A stretch of DNA of 40,140 nt from Acidimicrobiia bacterium (GTDB taxonomy: Bacteria > Actinomycetota > Acidimicrobiia > Spongiisociales > UBA4744): positions 1 to 40,140 of the forward strand of contig DATEVB010000238.1 of NCBI GenBank assembly GCA_035282865.1. Direction: 5' to 3'. Under the pieces are notes generated by a model. It worked only from the letters and a program-made list of their open reading frames with translations. It was not told the DNA's origin and did not search any database. Positions 36,141 to 40,140 of the stretch are shown in pieces; within the stretch, counting starts at the first letter, position 1, and every line of letters starts with the position of its first letter. Both the position numbers and the translations under genes were made by a program.

Positions 36141-37261
36141 CCATAGACCCGGGATCTATTGGACCGCCCGGGGCCGTCGTCCCGACCCGGCATTGGCACT
36201 CGCTCGCCGATGGGAGGGTGCAGTGCGATTTGTGCCCGAGGTATTGCAAGCTTCGTGAGGGCCAACGGGGACTCTGCTTCGTGCGGGCCAGACTCGAAGA
36301 CCGGATCGTGCTCACCACGTACGGTCGGTCGTCGGGATTCTGTGTCGATCCGATCGAGAAGAAGCCGCTCAACCATTTCCTCCCCGGAACTCCGGTGTTG
36401 TCGTTTGGCACGGCCGGATGCAATCTCGCCTGTCGCTTCTGCCAGAACTGGGACATCTCCAAGGCCCGCCACTTCGACGCGCTCACTGATCAGGCCGCGC
36501 CCGCGCAGATCGCCCGGACGGCCGTCGAGCTCGGCTGCCGCAGCGTCGCCTTCACCTACAACGATCCCGTCATCTTCCACGAATACGCCGTCGACGTCGC
36601 CCGGACCTGCCACGCAGTCGATGTGCAGACGGTGGCGGTAACCGCCGGATACGTGTGTCCGGAGCCGCGGGCCGAGTTCTACGCCAACATCGATGCAGCC
36701 AACGTTGACCTGAAGGGTTTCACGGAGCAGTTCTACCGACGGGTGTGCGCCGGCCACTTGCAGCCGGTCTTGGAGACGCTGCAGTACCTCAACGACGAAA
36801 CCGACGTGTGGCTGGAGATCACCACCCTGCTCATTCCCGACCTCAACGACTCCGATCACGAGATCGACCGGATGACCTCGTGGATCATGGACCATCTCGG
36901 CCCCGACGTTCCGCTGCATTTCACCGCCTTTCACCCCGATTTCAAGATGCTCGACCGACCGCCTACTCCCCCGGCAACGCTCACCCGGGCCCGCCGGATC
37001 GGCATCGCCAACGGCCTGCACTACGTGTATACGGGCAATGTGGTCGATCCGGATGGCCAGGCAACCCGATGCCACACGTGCGGGAAGGTCGTTATTGGTC
37101 GCGACTGGCACAGGCTCGGTCGGTGGGGGCTCGATGACCAAGGCAGGTGCACCGCGTGCGGGACGCCCTGTGCCGGTGTCTTCGACCCGAACGGGCCCGG
37201 ATCGTGGGGTGGGCAACGGCTTCCGGTCCGGCTGGGAGGCTTCAGCGGGCCGGCCCGATGA
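36137..37261 (+). CDS. amrS: AmmeMemoRadiSam system radical SAM enzyme
   Basis: VQCDLCPRYCKLREGQRGLCFVR, FCVDPIEKKPLNHF, CNLACRFCQNWDIS and the C-terminal CHTCG...CTACG are present. The ATG overlaps the upstream stop (ATGA). Confidence 0.85.
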   Translation: MTIDPGSIGPPGAVVPTRHWHSLADGRVQCDLCPRYCKLREGQRGLCFVRARLEDRIVLTTYGRSSGFCVDPIEKKPLNHFLPGTPVLSFGTAGCNLACRFCQNWDISKARHFDALTDQAAPAQIARTAVELGCRSVAFTYNDPVIFHEYAVDVARTCHAVDVQTVAVTAGYVCPEPRAEFYANIDAANVDLKGFTEQFYRRVCAGHLQPVLETLQYLNDETDVWLEITTLLIPDLNDSDHEIDRMTSWIMDHLGPDVPLHFTAFHPDFKMLDRPPTPPATLTRARRIGIANGLHYVYTGNVVDPDGQATRCHTCGKVVIGRDWHRLGRWGLDDQGRCTACGTPCAGVFDPNGPGSWGGQRLPVRLGGFSGPAR

Positions 37262-38057
37262 CGAAGGAACCGTAGCCGACCACGGAGTTGCGATCCCCCG
37301 CTGTGTCACCGGATGACCGCAGATCGAGCAGGGAACACTCCCAACCCCGCTCCCGGGCCACCAACAGCGCGGCCTGAACGCCGACCAGACCGCAGGCGTC
37401 GCCCCGGGCGAGATCACGGGGGCGCCGCGCCACGATCGCCCGGGCCGTTCGCGTGTCGCGTACCCGGGCCGAGTCGTAGTCGAGGTAATGAGAGAGGTCT
37501 GAGCTGATCACGGCAACGCCGCCCTCGTTCTCGATCAGGTCTCCAAGCACCGCTGCCACGGTTTCCGGTTCGACGATGCCGGTCAACAAGGAGAGCACGG
37601 TGAGCTGATCGCGCACCACCTGCAGGAAGGGAAGCTGCACCTCAACGCTGTGTTCCCGACTATGAGCCGCCTGGTTGGGAGCGACGGCGGGGTGGGCCTC
37701 AGCCGTCGCCGTCAGCTCGGTATCCGCGCTGACGATCCCCAGTGGGGTGGCCAGACCTTCAACACCCGGCGTCGCCATACCGGGGAAAGCAACGAAATGC
37801 GAAGGGCCGATCACGACCATCCCCGGCGATCGAGCCACGCCCTGCAGGAGCCGGTAGGCGGTGGCTGCCACCGGTCCGGAGTACACGTAGCCGGCGTGCG
37901 GCACGATGAGGAACCGTACCTCAACCTCTGTTTCGGGAACGGCGCCCGCCGCCAGCATGTCATCTACTGAGCCGCGCAGCTCCTCGGGATCAGACGGGTA
38001 AAAGGAACCGGCCACGGCCGGCGACCGCACCGATCCACGGGAATGGTCCGGTTTCAT
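37242..38057 (-). CDS. amrB: AmmeMemoRadiSam system protein B (Memo-like)
   Basis: PAVAGSFYP, VPHAGYVYSG and VISSDLSHY are present. The start was refined to ATG 38057. The 3' end overlaps amrS by 20 nt (convergent). Confidence 0.85.
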   Translation of the reverse strand: MKPDHSRGSVRSPAVAGSFYPSDPEELRGSVDDMLAAGAVPETEVEVRFLIVPHAGYVYSGPVAATAYRLLQGVARSPGMVVIGPSHFVAFPGMATPGVEGLATPLGIVSADTELTATAEAHPAVAPNQAAHSREHSVEVQLPFLQVVRDQLTVLSLLTGIVEPETVAAVLGDLIENEGGVAVISSDLSHYLDYDSARVRDTRTARAIVARRPRDLARGDACGLVGVQAALLVARERGWECSLLDLRSSGDTAGDRNSVVGYGSFVIGPAR

Positions 38058-38255
38058 GTGCGAAGAGTGCCCTATCTGCCGACGGACCCAGGGAGTCTCC
38101 AAGCGTGCCGCTCTTACTGTCGCGCTGCCCGACGGTCGGGGCATAGAGCCCATCGACCCGTCGCGCCTCCACCATCCTCGCCAGCGATGCACCTAGTGTT
38201 GCCCTCAGCAGAATGCAGGTCGGTGCACTCGCTACCGCGATGGGAGAGTGGATCG

Positions 38256-39098
38256 GTGAAGAAAGTAGCGGTGGTTACCGACTCGGTCGCCATGCTTCCC
38301 GAGCAGCTTGCCGAAGGCCTGGACATTGGCGTTGTGCCCATCGTACTGAACCTGGGCGATCGCTCCTATCGAGATGGGATCGATCTGAGTACCTCGGAGT
38401 TCTACCGACTGTTGCGCACCAGCGAGAAGCTTCCGACGACGGCCGCGCCTTCCTTGGGCGAATTCGTCAAAGCGTTTGAAGAAGCCCTGACCAACGCCGA
38501 GGCGGTGGTGGCCATCCATGTCTCTGCACAGTTGACCTCCGTCTACAGAACCGCGCTGATGGCCGCCCGGTCGATCACCGGAGCACGGATCTGTGTTCTC
38601 GATTCGCAGTCCGCCACCATGGCCGAGGGGTTCGTCGCCCTGGCAGCTGCCCGGGCCGCCGCGGCCGGTGCGGATCTCGACGCGGTGGTGACCGTGGCCG
38701 AGGAGGTCCGGTCCAAGGTCCGTTTCTTCGCCTTTCTGGAGACGCTCGAGTACCTTCGACGGGGCGGACGGGTCGGTAATGCAGCCGCCCTGATGGGGAA
38801 CGCCATTCAGCTCAGGCCCATCGTTCACATCGTCGACGGACAGATCGCCTCGCTCGCTCGACCCCGCACCCGCCGCAAAGCAACCCAGGCCATGCTCGAC
38901 ATCATGGCGACTGAGGTGGCCGATCGACCGGTGCACGCCGCCGTCCTCCACGCCGACTCGCTCGATGATGCTCGGGACCTCGGCAGCCGTGTGAAAGACC
39001 AGTTCGACTGCCTGGAACTGCACGTGACCGAGTTGACCCCGGTGATGGGAACCCATACGGGTCCGGGCCTACTGGGCCTCGCGTACTACGCGGAGTAG
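38256..39098 (+). CDS. DegV family fatty-acid-binding protein (FakB-like)
   Basis: KVAVVTDSVAMLP, the TTAAPS...F pattern and DSQSATMAEG are present. The start was set at GTG 38256, behind GGGAGAG. Confidence 0.85.
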   Translation: MKKVAVVTDSVAMLPEQLAEGLDIGVVPIVLNLGDRSYRDGIDLSTSEFYRLLRTSEKLPTTAAPSLGEFVKAFEEALTNAEAVVAIHVSAQLTSVYRTALMAARSITGARICVLDSQSATMAEGFVALAAARAAAAGADLDAVVTVAEEVRSKVRFFAFLETLEYLRRGGRVGNAAALMGNAIQLRPIVHIVDGQIASLARPRTRRKATQAMLDIMATEVADRPVHAAVLHADSLDDARDLGSRVKDQFDCLELHVTELTPVMGTHTGPGLLGLAYYAE

Positions 39099-39766
39099 TG
39101 GTGTTCCTCCAGGCCGCGCTGCTGATCGTCGGGGCCTGTGTGGTTGGATCGATCCCGGCCGGCTACCTGGCAGCCCGCCTCTTGAAAGGCGTGGACCTGC
39201 GCCGTTACGGGAGCGGCACTCCGACCGGGTCGATGGTCTATGAGCACGTCGCCCGATGGGCTGTGGTGCCGGTTGGCCTGTTCGACGTCGGCAAGGCCGC
39301 CCTCCCGACCTGGCTGGCCCTGCAACTGGACCTCGGTATGGGGGTAGCCACTGCGGCCGGGTTGGCAGCAGTGGCCGGGCACAGCTGGCCACTTTTCCTG
39401 GGCTTCACCGGCGGAAGAGGTCTCAGCGGGTTCCTGGGCGTGATGGCCGTGATCTTTCCGCTGGGAACGGTGTGGCTGCTCGGGTTGCTGTTCGTTGGAT
39501 GGCGACTGGGTGACTCAACAGTGTGGACTCTGGCCGGCTTGGCCACCCTTCCGGCCTTTTCCTGGATCGTCGACGGGCCGGCCATCGTACCCGTCGCGAC
39601 CGGGGCGATGCTGTTGCTCACCCTGACGAAACGAGTGGAAGCAAATCGCCGGCCTCTGCCACCGCCGGGACCCGACCGACGCCGTGTCGTGGCGCGCCGC
39701 ATGCTCTTCGACCGGGATATCAGCTCCCACCGCGACTGGATCCGCCGGACGCCGGATCAATCTTGA
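39098..39766 (+). CDS. plsY: PlsY-like glycerol-3-phosphate acyltransferase (divergent motifs)
   Basis: GSIPAGYL, GSGTPTGS (canonical GSGNxGATN), FDVGKA and AGHSWPLFLGFTGGRG are present. It has five to six helices. The GTG shares one nt with the DegV stop. Confidence 0.7.
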   Translation: MVFLQAALLIVGACVVGSIPAGYLAARLLKGVDLRRYGSGTPTGSMVYEHVARWAVVPVGLFDVGKAALPTWLALQLDLGMGVATAAGLAAVAGHSWPLFLGFTGGRGLSGFLGVMAVIFPLGTVWLLGLLFVGWRLGDSTVWTLAGLATLPAFSWIVDGPAIVPVATGAMLLLTLTKRVEANRRPLPPPGPDRRRVVARRMLFDRDISSHRDWIRRTPDQS

Positions 39767-39857
39767 GGTCTCCGTCAGATCCACCGGGCCGGGGGCCGGC
39801 GATCATGCCGTCTGCGATCCGGGCCCATGTTGATGCCCACCCGTATTACGCGCGGCT

Positions 39858-39961
39858 CGGGGTATGGTCGGCCTGTCGGGGGGCGGCCTCGAGCGCCAGG
39901 AGCAATTGGTTTGGAACCGGCGGCGTTGCCGGCCACCGGCGGTCCGCCCGGGGTATGGTCG
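39858..39961 (+). repeat. 13-nt direct repeat CGGGGTATGGTCG (two copies, 91 nt apart)
   Basis: There are exact copies at 39858-39870 and 39949-39961 in the gap upstream of the last CDS. Each contains a TATGGT (TAnnnT) -10-like hexamer. Confidence 0.6.
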
Positions 39962-40026
39962 AGCAGGGAGAGGGGAGTTGAGATGCTCGCAACCCACCGC
40001 CAGGCGACCTCCGGTTCGCTCTCACC

Positions 40027-40140
40027 GTGAACGAGCAGGAGGCGTGGAAGCGCCTGACCGGCGGCGCAGCCGCACGCCTGGCCACGGTTGACCCGGCCGG
40101 GCAGCCTCATCTCGTACCATTCGTTTTCGTCGTAGACGAA
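40027..40140 (+). CDS. PPOX-class (pyridoxamine-5'-phosphate-oxidase-like, probably F420-dependent) protein, 5' partial
   Basis: The translation VNEQEAWKRLTGGAAARLATVDPAGQPHLVPFVFVVDE is a typical N-terminus of this family. GTG 40027 is the only start in the open frame. The CDS runs off the window. Confidence 0.5.
   Translation, partial: MNEQEAWKRLTGGAAARLATVDPAGQPHLVPFVFVVDE

Noticed and set aside
1-40140. A window-wide scan by eye for CRISPR arrays, IS elements or transposase, integrase or phage genes, tRNA/rRNA genes and toxin-antitoxin or defence cassettes.
   Set aside because: None was recognised. There are no spaced identical repeats beyond the short ones listed, no transposase- or integrase-like translations, and no cloverleaf-like sequences in the intergenic gaps. 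The scan was manual, so small or degenerate elements could have been missed.

Overview
This is a visibly G+C-rich, gene-dense bacterial chromosome segment. The proteins have an actinobacterial flavour: a double-GNAT MshD-like protein, deazaflavin/PPOX-type oxidoreductases, a PspC-domain protein and an arginine-tailed DEAD-box helicase. I call 43 protein-coding regions, two of them partial at the window edges. I recognised no rRNA, tRNA, CRISPR array or mobile element.

Housekeeping genes include typA, lon, a prolyl oligopeptidase, glgX, a DRG/TGS GTPase, an SDR, and DegV-PlsY.

The stand-out region is 2.7-14.2 kb. A 10-gene minus-strand operon (2710-13616) has almost every junction overlapping or nearly so. 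A yeast-Fcy1-type cytosine deaminase is transcribed divergently from it. In transcription order the operon encodes:
- a barbiturase/cyanuric-acid-hydrolase-family ring-opening amidohydrolase
- a DUF2877 / FdrA / DUF1116 trio, homologous to the E. coli fdrA-ylbE-ylbF (allFGH) oxamate carbamoyltransferase genes
- a three-subunit molybdenum hydroxylase
- an orphan protein
- a thiolase-like protein that appears to lack both catalytic cysteines
- a DUF35 zinc-ribbon/OB protein

I read this as an oxidative pyrimidine (cytosine/uracil -> barbiturate -> ureidomalonate) catabolic island. In it, the classical ureidomalonase seems to be replaced by an AllFGH-like, possibly phosphorolytic, module. This is inference from gene content, not a demonstrated function.

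The second point of interest is an AmmeMemoRadiSam-type locus (35.2-38.1 kb). It has two tandem paralogous radical SAM genes and a convergent Memo-like gene, but no AMMECR1 partner.

Several unusually long non-coding gaps (65-536, 22746-23302, 34702-35177) and small repeats or palindromes are flagged at lower interest. Start codons were refined by eye from Shine-Dalgarno-like motifs and gene junctions. No similarity search, HMM or RNA covariance model could be run.
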